Below, piece by piece: positions 40,683-50,541 of a DNA stretch of 64,000 nt (position 1 is the stretch's first letter; each line of letters begins with the position of its first letter). Position numbers and translations under genes: made by a program. The stretch comes from an uncultured Spirochaetota bacterium (GTDB lineage Bacteria; Spirochaetota; Spirochaetia; SZUA-6; Fen-1364): NCBI GenBank assembly GCA_963781885.1, contig CAWAHW010000002.1, positions 896,001-960,000 of the forward strand, given 5' to 3'. The notes below the pieces were generated by a model. It saw only the letters and a list, made by a program, of their open reading frames with translations. It did not search any database and was not told the DNA's origin.

Positions 40683-41693
40683 GTGATGAGCGACGACGAC
40701 GAGATGATGGACGATCGGGTGGAAGACCGCATGGAGGACGCGCCACCCGTTGACGACGAGCCGCGGCCGTCAACGGGGACGGCGCTGCCCGCCGCACCGC
40801 GCGCGGAAGGCAGCGCGCCCTGGCGCGTGAAGATACTCTATTCCAGCGCCACGGAGTTCTGCGAGGCCCCGGAAGGGATGGACATCGCGGTGGGGACGAT
40901 GATCGTAGTTCCCACCCGCTACGGCAACGAGCTGGGCAAGGTGCTCGGCCGGGAAACGGATTCCGGTGACGTCGGCGCGGAGGTGCGGACGATCGTGCGG
41001 GTGGCGGCCGCCGCCGACCTCTCCCGGGTCCAGGACAACGAGATGAAGCAGGACAAGGCGTACGCCCTCTGCCGGGAGAAGATCGCGGCGCGCAACCTCG
41101 AGATGAAGCTCGTGAGCGCCCATTACCTTCTGGACGAGCAGAAGATCCTCTTCCTCTTTACGGCGGACAGCCGCGTCGACTTCCGCGAGCTCGTGAAGGA
41201 CCTCGTCTCGGTATTCAAGATGCGCATCGAGCTGCGGCAGATCGGCGTGCGTGACGAGGCGCGGGTGGTGGGCGGCCTGGGCATCTGCGGCCGCGCGCTG
41301 TGCTGCAATGCCATCACCGACCGGCTGCGCCCCGTGTCCATCAAGATGGCAAAGGAGCAGAATCTCACGCTCAATTCGATGAAGATATCCGGACCCTGCG
41401 GCCGGCTCCTCTGCTGCCTCTCCTACGAGTTCGACGTCTACAAGGAGGCGCGCCAGAGTCTGCCCTCCATGGGCACCCGCGTCCCCTACGAAGGGGAGGA
41501 GTTCAAGGTGACGGAGTTGGACGTGCTTGCCCGCCGCGTGCGCTTCCAGAGCGAGTCCGGACGGGTGATCGACGTCGGATTCGATTCGCTTCTGCGCAAC
41601 CCCTCCACCCAGGCGTGGGAAATGCGGCCGCGCGTCGGGTCGTCGGGGTCTGCCGCCGAAACGGGTCCGGCGCGGCCCGACGCCGCGCACTGA
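40683..41693 (+). CDS. PSP1/RicT (YaaT) family protein
   Basis: RVDFRELVKDL, RIELRQIGVRDEA, GICGRALCC, KISGPCGRLLCCLSYE. Confidence 0.92.
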   Translation: MMSDDDEMMDDRVEDRMEDAPPVDDEPRPSTGTALPAAPRAEGSAPWRVKILYSSATEFCEAPEGMDIAVGTMIVVPTRYGNELGKVLGRETDSGDVGAEVRTIVRVAAAADLSRVQDNEMKQDKAYALCREKIAARNLEMKLVSAHYLLDEQKILFLFTADSRVDFRELVKDLVSVFKMRIELRQIGVRDEARVVGGLGICGRALCCNAITDRLRPVSIKMAKEQNLTLNSMKISGPCGRLLCCLSYEFDVYKEARQSLPSMGTRVPYEGEEFKVTELDVLARRVRFQSESGRVIDVGFDSLLRNPSTQAWEMRPRVGSSGSAAETGPARPDAAH

Positions 41694-41705
41694 ACGCCGT
41701 CCCGC

Positions 41706-43118
41706 TCAGTCGGTGATCTTTTCTCCCTTCAGGAGCGCATCCATCTTTGCGAGCATGCCGCCCACCTGCGCTTTCGTGAGGGCGAACTCGTTCACGCCGT
41801 TCACGAATATCGCGTCGAAGTCCCGGTCGTAGGGGGCGTAATCCACGCGCACGGACTTGCCGACCCCCTTGTTGAGCGTGTATGTCACCGAGGCCTCCGG
41901 CTTGTCCGGCACGCTGCGCGCCACCTCGCCTTCGACCTGCAGGCTGATGACGGCCTGGTAGAACTTCTTGAAGTTGTCCTCGTCGGCCTTCCTGCCGTCC
42001 ATGGTGTAGGAGGCGACGACCTGGTCGGGATCGCCGGCCTTGTCGGCCTTTTTCGTCGTGCGGGTGATCGTGAAGACGTGGCTCGTCCCCGCGGCGGCGA
42101 TCTCCAGCTTGTCCACGTCGTCGATATTCGGGATGAACGTGAACTTGTCGATCACGGAGAACGGCTTCAGGTCCAGGAAGCTCACCGAGGAAGTGTCGGT
42201 GAGGTAGACCGTGGGCTGGCCCTTGATCATGAAATAGGTCTGCGTCCCTTTCTGGGCGCCGAAGATGAAGTCGACGGTGTTCGACTTGTCGCGCACGATT
42301 GCTTCACCGCTGGGCCGCGTGAGCCCGTACGGGGCGAGGTTCTTCGGATTGTCCACCGCGAAATCGGAGATCGCAACCAACTGCGTCCCCTTGATGACCT
42401 TGTCCTGCTGCTGGGAATCCAGCCCGCGCTGGATCCGGTAGGGCTGGGTGACGATGTACTGGCCGAAACCGAGCTGGTAGCTCTTTGTCTCGTCCGCGGT
42501 CTTTTGCTTCACCTCGAGGACCGTCCCGTCGTGGAGCAGGAGCTTCACGTACGTGATCTCGTCGTAGTTGAGCGCCGGGGCGATCGTCTTGGAGCGCAGG
42601 TCGTTCGCCGTCCAGTGGTAGTGCTGGCCGTTGTTCATCCATACCGTATAGACCTTCAGGTCGCCTTTCACCTGCAGGTAGTAGGTGTTGCCGGCATCCG
42701 TCTTGTTCCCGAGGTAGAGCGTGTGCGTGGTGCCGTCCTCCCAGGTCGCGGTGGCCGTCGCTTGGGGAGGGTTCAGGCCGTACTTCGCAAGGTCCGTGGG
42801 ATTCTCATCGATGGTGCGTTCCGCCGTGAGGGCGGAGAAGCTGCTGAGAAGGTCGTCCGTGTTGGAGGTGTCCAGCGCTCCGACGACCGGCGGATCCGTC
42901 ACCCACGCGCCGTTCTTCTTCTGGAGCGTGAGCGTTCCTTCGGCCCGGCCGCCAAGAACGATCTTGACGATCTTGTCCTTGTCGCCCTGGGACAGCGACG
43001 GCGTTGGGGGCGTGGCGGCAGCCGACACAGGCTTCGGCCGCGAAATGATGAAATAGGCGCCGATGATCGCCGCCAGGACGACGACAACGACGCCGAGCGT
43101 CCAGACCCTCCTGCTCAT
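41706..43118 (-). CDS. DUF4340 domain protein
   Basis: N-terminal anchor MSRRVWTL; two repeats with LAKYGLNPP / LAPYGLTRP; follows GldG-like gene. Confidence 0.8.
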   Translation of the reverse strand: MSRRVWTLGVVVVVLAAIIGAYFIISRPKPVSAAATPPTPSLSQGDKDKIVKIVLGGRAEGTLTLQKKNGAWVTDPPVVGALDTSNTDDLLSSFSALTAERTIDENPTDLAKYGLNPPQATATATWEDGTTHTLYLGNKTDAGNTYYLQVKGDLKVYTVWMNNGQHYHWTANDLRSKTIAPALNYDEITYVKLLLHDGTVLEVKQKTADETKSYQLGFGQYIVTQPYRIQRGLDSQQQDKVIKGTQLVAISDFAVDNPKNLAPYGLTRPSGEAIVRDKSNTVDFIFGAQKGTQTYFMIKGQPTVYLTDTSSVSFLDLKPFSVIDKFTFIPNIDDVDKLEIAAAGTSHVFTITRTTKKADKAGDPDQVVASYTMDGRKADEDNFKKFYQAVISLQVEGEVARSVPDKPEASVTYTLNKGVGKSVRVDYAPYDRDFDAIFVNGVNEFALTKAQVGGMLAKMDALLKGEKITD

Positions 43119-44578
43119 AGATGACGTCTCCTCATCCAGACCATGAAACCGGCCCCGAGGATCAACAGGGGAATGAGAATGACCACGACGCCCGAAAGGA
43201 TGAGCGCCCAGAGGCTGCTGATGTTCAGCCGCATTGTCTGGAGGCTCTTCGGACGGATGGTGAGGCTGTCCTTCTGTCCCTTCAGCCACCCCAGGGTATT
43301 CATGAAGAAGTCCCCATTGCCCGGGATGGCCGCGGTGAGCGACTGCGCGAGGAACCTGATGTCCCCCACGACCACAACCTGGGTGTCGGGCGCGCCCGGC
43401 TGGCTGGCCGGGTCCGTGATGGCCACGGCGAGCGTGAACGGTCCCGCGACGTCCCCGGGTTGGCGGTCCGGGGAGGTGGCGTGCTGGACGTCGCGCTTGC
43501 CGTATGACTTGCTCGACGAGGTGAGGAGAGGCTCGATCTTCAGGCTCTTCTTTTTCAGGTCCAGCGTTTGGATGGACTGGGACCAGGCAAGAACGACGTC
43601 GTAGTTGTTCGCCCGCAACGGGCTGTTGATGTCGTGGTACTCCAGCGTCGGGATGATATAGGCGGGGTTCTGCGTCGCGATCTTGTTCGTGTCGCCTTCC
43701 ACGACGACGATGCCCTGCACCTGCACGCCGTAGCTCTTGAGCAGCTCGGCGAGGTTGGGATACTGGTTGTCGTTCTGGAACACGTCGAAGAGGAACTCCG
43801 CGCGTCCGCCGGCGGCAAGGTACGCCCGCAGCTTGTTCGCGTCATCCGCGGTCAGGTCGTTCTTCGGCGCCAGCACGAGCACGATGTTCGCGTCATCCGG
43901 CACCGCCTTCGCCGTGAGGAAATCGAGGCTCTTCACCTCGTAGTTCTCATTCGCGACGGCCGACGTGAGCCCCAGGGAGTCGATGGTCTGCTCGCCGTGC
44001 CCCGCCAGCATATAGAGCGTCACGTTCTTCTGCGCCGTCACGTACAGCACGGCGGCCGTGACGCGCTGCTCCACGGAGAGCGACGTGAGCTGCGGCTGGG
44101 AGTTGGGATTGCTCGGATCGTAGTTCGACGTGTCGTAGTTGTACATGTCGTAGGCACCGATGCTCTTGTACTTGGCCCCCGTCGCCACGACCAGCGTGCC
44201 CGCGGCGAGCCCCTGGCCGGTGGGATCGTACTGCTTCGTCCAGCCGGGATTCATCTCGGGATCGATCGTCTGCAGCTTCACGTGCCGGCTGCGCGCCGCG
44301 TACTTTGCCAGTATCGCCTTCACGGTCGGGTCTTCCATGCCGGGCTTCCCGATCGTCGTGATGGTGAGGTCGGATGCCAGCCCGTCGAGGATCTTGTAGG
44401 TCTCTGGCGACAGGGAATAGATCTTGTTCTGCGTGAGGTCGAGCCTGCCGGGGATCTGGTCCACGAGCACGTTGATGGCGATGACCACGGCGAGCCCCGC
44501 GACGATGAGGAGCGTCGCGTAGCCTCCGAACCGGAACTTCCGGCTTTTCAGGGAATCGAAGAGCGATATTTTTTTCAC
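43115..44578 (-). CDS. GldG-like ABC transporter auxiliary component
   Basis: DLTQNKIYSLS, GHGE, APKNDL, NGDFFMNTLGWL, C-terminal TM + RRRH. Confidence 0.85.
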   Translation of the reverse strand: MKKISLFDSLKSRKFRFGGYATLLIVAGLAVVIAINVLVDQIPGRLDLTQNKIYSLSPETYKILDGLASDLTITTIGKPGMEDPTVKAILAKYAARSRHVKLQTIDPEMNPGWTKQYDPTGQGLAAGTLVVATGAKYKSIGAYDMYNYDTSNYDPSNPNSQPQLTSLSVEQRVTAAVLYVTAQKNVTLYMLAGHGEQTIDSLGLTSAVANENYEVKSLDFLTAKAVPDDANIVLVLAPKNDLTADDANKLRAYLAAGGRAEFLFDVFQNDNQYPNLAELLKSYGVQVQGIVVVEGDTNKIATQNPAYIIPTLEYHDINSPLRANNYDVVLAWSQSIQTLDLKKKSLKIEPLLTSSSKSYGKRDVQHATSPDRQPGDVAGPFTLAVAITDPASQPGAPDTQVVVVGDIRFLAQSLTAAIPGNGDFFMNTLGWLKGQKDSLTIRPKSLQTMRLNISSLWALILSGVVVILIPLLILGAGFMVWMRRRHL

Positions 44579-44590
44579 GGCGTTCCTCCC

Positions 44591-45460
44591 TTACACCCAG
44601 CGCCGTTTATCGATCATGCGGATCGTGAGGAAGACGAAAGCGCCGGCAAACGAGATGTAGTAGACGATCGGGCCCAATCCGAGGATCCCCATGCCGAAAT
44701 CGTTGTAGCGTTTCACGAGGGAGAACCAGGAGAGGATCTTCGCGATCAGCCCCGTGAAGAACGGCCGGGAGAAGACGAAGAGAAGGACCACGGCTGCCGC
44801 CGCGAGGACGAATGCCGTGAGGGAGGCGACGAAGCTGCGCGTGCTGAACCAGACCAGCGCCACGAGGGCCGCGCCGAGGACCGCGAGGAAGACGAGACCC
44901 GAGATCGCGTCGCTCGGGACGCTCTGGGAGACGAAGTCGAGGATCCAGATGAGGAGGAGCGCGGCGAACGTCTCCACGGCCGCGATGAGCTGATTGTCGG
45001 TGACCGAGGAGAAGAAGAGGCCGATCGAGATGAAGGCGCATCCCATCAGGAGGAAGCCGATGTAGCCTCCGAATATCTCCCACCAGGCGAGGCCCAGGAG
45101 GGAGAAGAAGCTCATGATGACGGGGAAGAGCAACGTGATGAGGAGCGTGATGACAAAGACGCCCACGGCGGCCAGGTACTTTCCCAGCACGATGCCGGTG
45201 ATGGAGAGCGGGCTCGTGATGAGGAGCTGGTCCGTCTTCTGACGCATCTCCTCGGAGAGGAGCCGCATCGTGAGGATGGGCACGAGGAACAGGAAAATGA
45301 AGGTGAGGTTGCTGAGAACCCCCGTGAAGCTCGGATTGCCCGTGAGGAGGTTGGACAGGGCGAAGAAGACCCCCGCGATGAGGACGAAGAATCCCACGAA
45401 GACGAAACCGATGGGGGAGGAGAAATACGCCTTGAGTTCCCGACGAAGTACCGCAAGCAT
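44591..45460 (-). CDS. ABC-2 permease, GldF-like
   Basis: RELKAYFSSPIGF, TMRLLSEE...TDQLLITSP, IVLGKYLA. Confidence 0.88.
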   Translation of the reverse strand: MLAVLRRELKAYFSSPIGFVFVGFFVLIAGVFFALSNLLTGNPSFTGVLSNLTFIFLFLVPILTMRLLSEEMRQKTDQLLITSPLSITGIVLGKYLAAVGVFVITLLITLLFPVIMSFFSLLGLAWWEIFGGYIGFLLMGCAFISIGLFFSSVTDNQLIAAVETFAALLLIWILDFVSQSVPSDAISGLVFLAVLGAALVALVWFSTRSFVASLTAFVLAAAAVVLLFVFSRPFFTGLIAKILSWFSLVKRYNDFGMGILGLGPIVYYISFAGAFVFLTIRMIDKRRWV

Positions 45461-45461
45461 G

Positions 45462-46409
45462 TCAGGATACCTCCTTTTCGTCCGTGATGAGGTTGAGGAA
45501 GATCTCTTCCAGCGTGAGGTCGAGGGACTTCATCATGAGCAGGGGCAGGTTGCCCCGCGCGAATGCCTGGAATACGTCGCGGCGCACGTCCACGTCCCGT
45601 TTCGCTTCGATCACGAGGTCCACCGTGCCGGGCTCCCGGCTGCCGATGCATTCGGCCTTCACGACGTGCCCCACGCCCCGCGCGACGGCAAGCGACTCCT
45701 GCTCGCCGCCGGCGACGCGCAGGCTCAGACGGTTGTCGCCGGTCATGCCGCGGGAGAGATTCTCCGCGGTATCGCTGGCCACGATCTTGCCCCTGTTGAT
45801 GATGAGCACGCGGCTGCAGACGGCCTGGACCTCGGGGAGGATGTGGGAGCTCAGGATGATCGTGTGCTCCTTTCCCAGGGCGCGGATGAGATTGCGCGTC
45901 TCGATGATCTGCTGGGGGTCCAGGCCGATGGTCGGCTCGTCCAGGATGAGGACGGGGGGCGTGCCGATCATCGCCTGCGCGATCCCGACGCGCTGCTTGT
46001 ATCCCTTGGAGAGGTTCTTGATGAGACGACCCCGCACGTCGGCGATCTTCGTCGCATCCATTGACCGCTCCATGTTCTCCTTGCGGCGCGAGCGGGCGAC
46101 GCCCTTGATGTCGCAGACGAAGGAAAGGTAGTCGCGGACGGTCATGTCCGGGTACAGCGGCGGGAGCTCGGGCATGTAGCCGATCTGCCTCTTCACCTCA
46201 AGCGGCTGCTCGAGGATGTCGTGACCGTCGAGCTTCACCGATCCTTCGGTCGCGGAGAGGTACCCGGTGATGATGTTCATGGTGGTCGACTTCCCGGCGC
46301 CATTGGGCCCGAGGAATCCCAGTATCTCACCCCTGTTCACCGTGAAATTGAGCCGGTCGACGGCCACACGCTGGCCATATTTCTTCGTGACGTTCTCGAC
46401 CTGTATCAA
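45462..46409 (-). CDS. ABC transporter ATP-binding protein, GldA-like
   Basis: GPNGAGKST, LSKGYKQRVG, LILDEPT, SSHIL. Confidence 0.93.
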   Translation of the reverse strand: MIQVENVTKKYGQRVAVDRLNFTVNRGEILGFLGPNGAGKSTTMNIITGYLSATEGSVKLDGHDILEQPLEVKRQIGYMPELPPLYPDMTVRDYLSFVCDIKGVARSRRKENMERSMDATKIADVRGRLIKNLSKGYKQRVGIAQAMIGTPPVLILDEPTIGLDPQQIIETRNLIRALGKEHTIILSSHILPEVQAVCSRVLIINRGKIVASDTAENLSRGMTGDNRLSLRVAGGEQESLAVARGVGHVVKAECIGSREPGTVDLVIEAKRDVDVRRDVFQAFARGNLPLLMMKSLDLTLEEIFLNLITDEKEVS

Positions 46410-46485
46410 GGCGTTCTCCTTTCCATCAGGCTCTGCAGCGGTCTCTCACTCTGACTGTGTGGCAGGAGTATATCAAAAAAGCGCA

Positions 46486-47187
46486 TCATGGGTAGACTCC
46501 CTGCGCCAAATTTACAATTTTCCGCAGATCGTGGAGCATGTACGGGGGCTTCTCCCCCGGTCCGGGCCACGCCGATCCCTCGGGCGCAAACCAGCAGGCG
46601 TCGATGCCGGCGGCGCGCGCGCCGGCAATGTCGGCTGCGGGGTTGTCGCCGATGCACAGGAGATCGGCCGGCGCGATGCCCAGTGCGGCAGCCGCGGCGA
46701 GGAAAAAGCGCGGGTCGGGCTTCGCGATGCCCATCTCTTCCGATATGAGGACCGCGGAGAAATATTCCTCCAGGCCAGATGCCTGCAGCCTTCCCCGCTG
46801 GACGGTCGTGAGGCCGTTCGTGACAAGGCAGAGCTTTGCCACCCGGGCCGCCGCTGCAACGGATTCCCGCGCGTAAGGCATGAGCGGCGCGTGGGAGGCA
46901 AGCGCGGCAAGGTACCGGGCGGAGGTCGCTGCCGGATCGAAGGGAAGGCCAAGGAGCGCGATCAGGTCGGCGAAACGTCCGACTTTGAGCTCGTCAGCCG
47001 TGACCGCGCCCTGCTCGAGTCTCCTCCACCACCCGGCGTTGATGGAGCGGTAGGCGGCGGCGGCCCGCGGAAGCTGACCTTCCGGCACCATCGGCTCGAG
47101 TGTCGCTTCTATCGCGAGGCTCTCTGCCTTCTCATAGTCGAACAGCGTGTTGTCAGCGTCGAGCAGGAGTCCTCGGTACCTTTTCAT
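46486..47187 (-). CDS. YjjG-like HAD nucleotidase
   Basis: DADNTLFDY, VTNG, KPDPRFF, IGDNPAADIAGA. Confidence 0.88.
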   Translation of the reverse strand: MKRYRGLLLDADNTLFDYEKAESLAIEATLEPMVPEGQLPRAAAAYRSINAGWWRRLEQGAVTADELKVGRFADLIALLGLPFDPAATSARYLAALASHAPLMPYARESVAAAARVAKLCLVTNGLTTVQRGRLQASGLEEYFSAVLISEEMGIAKPDPRFFLAAAAALGIAPADLLCIGDNPAADIAGARAAGIDACWFAPEGSAWPGPGEKPPYMLHDLRKIVNLAQGVYP

Positions 47188-47263
47188 CGGGGGTCCCATG
47201 ATGGTCGGAAATCCTCCCCGTTGCAAGTGGGCGGCAGGCGCCCGGCAGACCGGCCAGGGGGCC

Positions 47264-47291
47264 TTGACTTTTCCCCTGCAATCCGTAAATT
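47264..47291 (+). promoter_or_regulatory. Putative promoter of the small Cys-rich gene
   Basis: TTGACT-16-TAAATT. Confidence 0.5.
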
Positions 47292-47357
47292 TTGCACGCT
47301 TCGCCCGCAGTCCAGAGGAAGCGCGGCGGAAATCCAGGAAAAGGAGGTTGACACACA

Positions 47358-47534
47358 ATGGCCGAGGTTTTGAGCAAAAACGCGAGGGTGGGAATCGTCA
47401 CCCAGAAGTTCTTCTGCACGTGCGGCGGCGAGGTGAAGATGAAGCTCGTTTTCGCCAAGGGGAAGCTTCGCAACACCGCGGAGTGCGAGAAGTGCCATCG
47501 CCAGGAGCGCAAGCCCAGCGATTTCAAGGCATAG
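47358..47534 (+). CDS. 58-aa putative zinc-ribbon protein
   Basis: AAGGAGGT RBS; MAEVLSKNARVGIVTQKFFCTCGGEVKMKLVFAKGKLRNTAECEKCHRQERKPSDFKA; followed by terminator. Confidence 0.85.
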   Translation: MAEVLSKNARVGIVTQKFFCTCGGEVKMKLVFAKGKLRNTAECEKCHRQERKPSDFKA

Positions 47535-47548
47535 GGCGCTTCATTGCC

Positions 47549-47575
47549 ACCCATCCTGAAGGATGGGTTTTTTTT
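47549..47575 (+). terminator. Intrinsic terminator
   Basis: ACCCATCC-TGAA-GGATGGGT followed by T tract. Confidence 0.9.
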
Positions 47576-47592
47576 GCGCCGCGCCGTGGAGC

Positions 47593-48402
47593 TTACGCGC
47601 GCAGGCGTTTCTGCCTGTCCTCCCGGCGCCATGCATCGACCTGCGCAGAAATCTCCATCTGCATTTTTCCGAGGAGCTCGACGACGGCCCGCTTTCCCCG
47701 GGGAGGAGAATAGAGGGTCAGGGGCTTCACGCGGTAGTGCGTGCCGCGGAGATTCGTCAGTATCTTCCATACCTTGGAGATCGAGTACCCGCCATCAACG
47801 GCCACGGACAGGACCGGCATCGGCTCCGCTTCCAGGATGATGCGCACCGCGCCGGCCTGAAAATCCCTCACGCGTCCCGTCCGCGACCGCGTTCCCTCGG
47901 GAAACACCACGGGACAGTAGCCCTGGCGCGAGAGTGCCGCCAGACGCCGGAGCTCCGCGTGTCCCTTTCGGTAGTCGCCGGTGCGGCTGATGAGGGCGCT
48001 TTGCCCCACGCGGAGCATGCGGGAGACCATCGGCACGCCCCGGCCAAGCTCCTTTTTGGAGACGTAGCGCACGACGCTCCGGGGGAAGGCAAGCGCGAGG
48101 GCGGGGATGTCGACGAGGCTCTGGTGATTGGAGACGACCATGAAGACCGGGGGAAGCGCCCCGCGATAATGTTCGAACTCCGTCTTCATGCCGCCCATCA
48201 TGCGCGCGAGGATGAACAGCCGCCGGGAAACCGTCTGCTGGTAGCGCGTGATGAGGTCCATGACGAACGCGGGGCGGAATATCATCACGAGGATCAGATG
48301 GATCTCCGCCCGAATGAAAATGGCAAGAACGCAAAGGACCACAAACGCCGCCATCATGCTACGTGCGGGTGCTCCCTTCCGTTCCGGACGGAGTTGCGAC
48401 AT
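47593..48402 (-). CDS. Lysophospholipid acyltransferase (PlsC-like)
   Basis: NHQSLVD, VSKKEL, FPEGTRS; start uncertain. Confidence 0.88.
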   Translation of the reverse strand: MSQLRPERKGAPARSMMAAFVVLCVLAIFIRAEIHLILVMIFRPAFVMDLITRYQQTVSRRLFILARMMGGMKTEFEHYRGALPPVFMVVSNHQSLVDIPALALAFPRSVVRYVSKKELGRGVPMVSRMLRVGQSALISRTGDYRKGHAELRRLAALSRQGYCPVVFPEGTRSRTGRVRDFQAGAVRIILEAEPMPVLSVAVDGGYSISKVWKILTNLRGTHYRVKPLTLYSPPRGKRAVVELLGKMQMEISAQVDAWRREDRQKRLRA

Positions 48403-49324
48403 TCGTGCGGCCGTTGCCATCAAAGCGCGGCATCCTTCGACCTTCCAACGCGGCGGCCACCGCGCGGATGAAGCCGGCGTCCGTCCCGCAGCAGCCTCCG
48501 ACCACGTCAACGCCGTCCCGCACCAGGCGCGGCACGTAGGAGGCGTATTCGTGGGCGCACAGGGGGTAGACCACGCGTCCCCCCACGATCTGCGGGATGC
48601 CGGCGTTCGCCTTCATCCAGATCGGCAGGGTGGTGAGGCTGCGCAGGATCGGGGCGAGCGGCACGAACTGCTCGATCCCCGCGCCGCAATTCGCGCCGAT
48701 GAGCGAGGCGCCTGCCTCCTCCGCCCGGCGCACGCACACCTCCGGCGGGTTTCCCATCATCGTGCGGTAGCCGCGTGGTGTGGCGTTGTACGACATGCTC
48801 GCCACGACGGGCAGGTGCGTCGTCTCGGCGGCGGCGCGCACCGCAATGGCCATCTCCTCCACGTCGGTCATGGACTCTACGACGATCCAGTCGACGCCGG
48901 CCTGCGCGAGCGTCGCGGCCTGCTCGGCGAAGACGTCGTGGAGCTCCGCCGCGCTCACCTCGCCGAGGGAGATGAATCGCGCGGTGGGACCCATGTCGCC
49001 GGCGACGATTGCCGAGCGCCCGATCACCTCACGTGCGAGCGCGGCGGCCGCGGTGTTGATCTTTGCCACCTGGTCGGAGAGGCCATGCGGTTCCAGGCGG
49101 AATCTGTTGGCGCCGAAGGAATTCGTCAGCACGATGTCCGCGCCCGCCTCCAGGTAGTCGCGCGTCACCTCACGGACGATGTCGGGGTGGAGGAGATTCC
49201 ATTCATCCGGCGGGCATCCCTGCATGAGGCCGCGTTTGAAAAACTCCGTCCCCCACGCCCCGTCGGCGAGCAGCACGGTGCCTTTTTCCCAGGTTTTTCC
49301 GCGGACATCCATACCGCCCGTCAT
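48359..49324 (-). CDS. Homocysteine S-methyltransferase family protein (stand-alone MetH N-terminal domain)
   Basis: DGAWGT, YLEAGADIVLTNSFGAN, GANCG, ANAGIP, GGCCGT. Confidence 0.9.
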   Translation of the reverse strand: MTGGMDVRGKTWEKGTVLLADGAWGTEFFKRGLMQGCPPDEWNLLHPDIVREVTRDYLEAGADIVLTNSFGANRFRLEPHGLSDQVAKINTAAAALAREVIGRSAIVAGDMGPTARFISLGEVSAAELHDVFAEQAATLAQAGVDWIVVESMTDVEEMAIAVRAAAETTHLPVVASMSYNATPRGYRTMMGNPPEVCVRRAEEAGASLIGANCGAGIEQFVPLAPILRSLTTLPIWMKANAGIPQIVGGRVVYPLCAHEYASYVPRLVRDGVDVVGGCCGTDAGFIRAVAAALEGRRMPRFDGNGRTNVATPSGTEGSTRT

Positions 49325-49380
49325 AGTAGTGAATCTGCTTGCTTGTGAAAAGGATGATATTCCATTAGGCTTGCCGCATA

Positions 49381-50541
49381 ATGGCGGTCTTTCTTATCGC
49401 TTTCGCGGCGGCGGGCGCGCTCATCCTCACCATCCATGTCGCTCTCGCCGCCGGCGTCGGGCGCGCCCTGCGCGCCGAAAGCCGCCGAAAGAGCCCCGCG
49501 CGCCCGGGCACGCCGGTGACGGGCGCGGCGCTTCCCGTTGCCGAGGTCATCGTGGCGGTGCGCGACGAGGCGGCGCGGCTTCCCCAGCTCCTTGCATCCC
49601 TGCAGGCGCAGACGGCGGACTGCCTTTTTCTTCTGGTCGACGACAGGTCGACGGACGACACGGGGCGCTGCCTCGACGAGTTCTGCGCGTCGATGGGTCC
49701 GCGCGCGCGCGTGATCCACAATCATGACGAGCCGATCGGTCTCACGGGCAAGCAGGCGGCGCTCGACCTAGCCTTTACAGAGGCGAAAGGCGAGATCCTC
49801 GTCTTCACCGACGGTGACTGCCGCGTGCCCTCTACCTGGGTGGAGGAGCTTGCCGGCCATTTCGACGACCCGAAGGTCGGAGTGGTGCTCGGCCGCATCG
49901 AGCTCCCCGAGGGAGAAAGCTTCCTGGCGCGTTTCCAGGCATTCGAGCAGCCCCTCATCAACCAGTACAATTTCGGCGCCGTGGGGCTCGGCATGCCGAT
50001 GGGCTGCTTCGGCAACAACATGGCCGTCCGGGGGGCAGCGGTCAAGGAGATCGGCGGCTTTCGCAGTCTCGGTTACGCGGTGACCGAGGATGCGCTGCTC
50101 CTGGAGGCGCTGAACCGCCAGGGGGGCTGGCAGGTCAGGGTCTGCACGGCAGCGCGCGCCGCGGCGGTCACGGCGGCCAAGACGACCTGGAAGGACTACG
50201 CCAATCAGCATGTGCGCTGGAACAGCGGCGCGCTCTTTGCCACGGACCTCCTCTCCCGCTTCTTTTACTGGTTCGTCGTGCTTTTCTACCTGGTCGGGAG
50301 CATCGTCGTGAGCCCCCTCGGTTTCCTGAACTGGCGGGTGCCCGTGCTCTCCCTGAATGCTTTTCTCAGCATCGGCATTCTTGCGGTCGTAAGCGGAGTC
50401 TACGAAGGGAAAAGGCGGGTTCCCTACTACCTTCGACTCCTCCCGCACCTTTTTTTCTTCGGTTTTTTCTACAGCTTCATCACCGTGCGCGCCCTTTTCA
50501 AACGGCCCTTCGAATGGAAAGGCGCCTCGATGCGCCCCTGA
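49381..50541 (+). CDS. Glycosyltransferase family 2, membrane-bound
   Basis: DDRSTD, GKQAAL, TDGD, TED, QHVRW; flanking TM helices. Confidence 0.9.
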   Translation: MAVFLIAFAAAGALILTIHVALAAGVGRALRAESRRKSPARPGTPVTGAALPVAEVIVAVRDEAARLPQLLASLQAQTADCLFLLVDDRSTDDTGRCLDEFCASMGPRARVIHNHDEPIGLTGKQAALDLAFTEAKGEILVFTDGDCRVPSTWVEELAGHFDDPKVGVVLGRIELPEGESFLARFQAFEQPLINQYNFGAVGLGMPMGCFGNNMAVRGAAVKEIGGFRSLGYAVTEDALLLEALNRQGGWQVRVCTAARAAAVTAAKTTWKDYANQHVRWNSGALFATDLLSRFFYWFVVLFYLVGSIVVSPLGFLNWRVPVLSLNAFLSIGILAVVSGVYEGKRRVPYYLRLLPHLFFFGFFYSFITVRALFKRPFEWKGASMRP

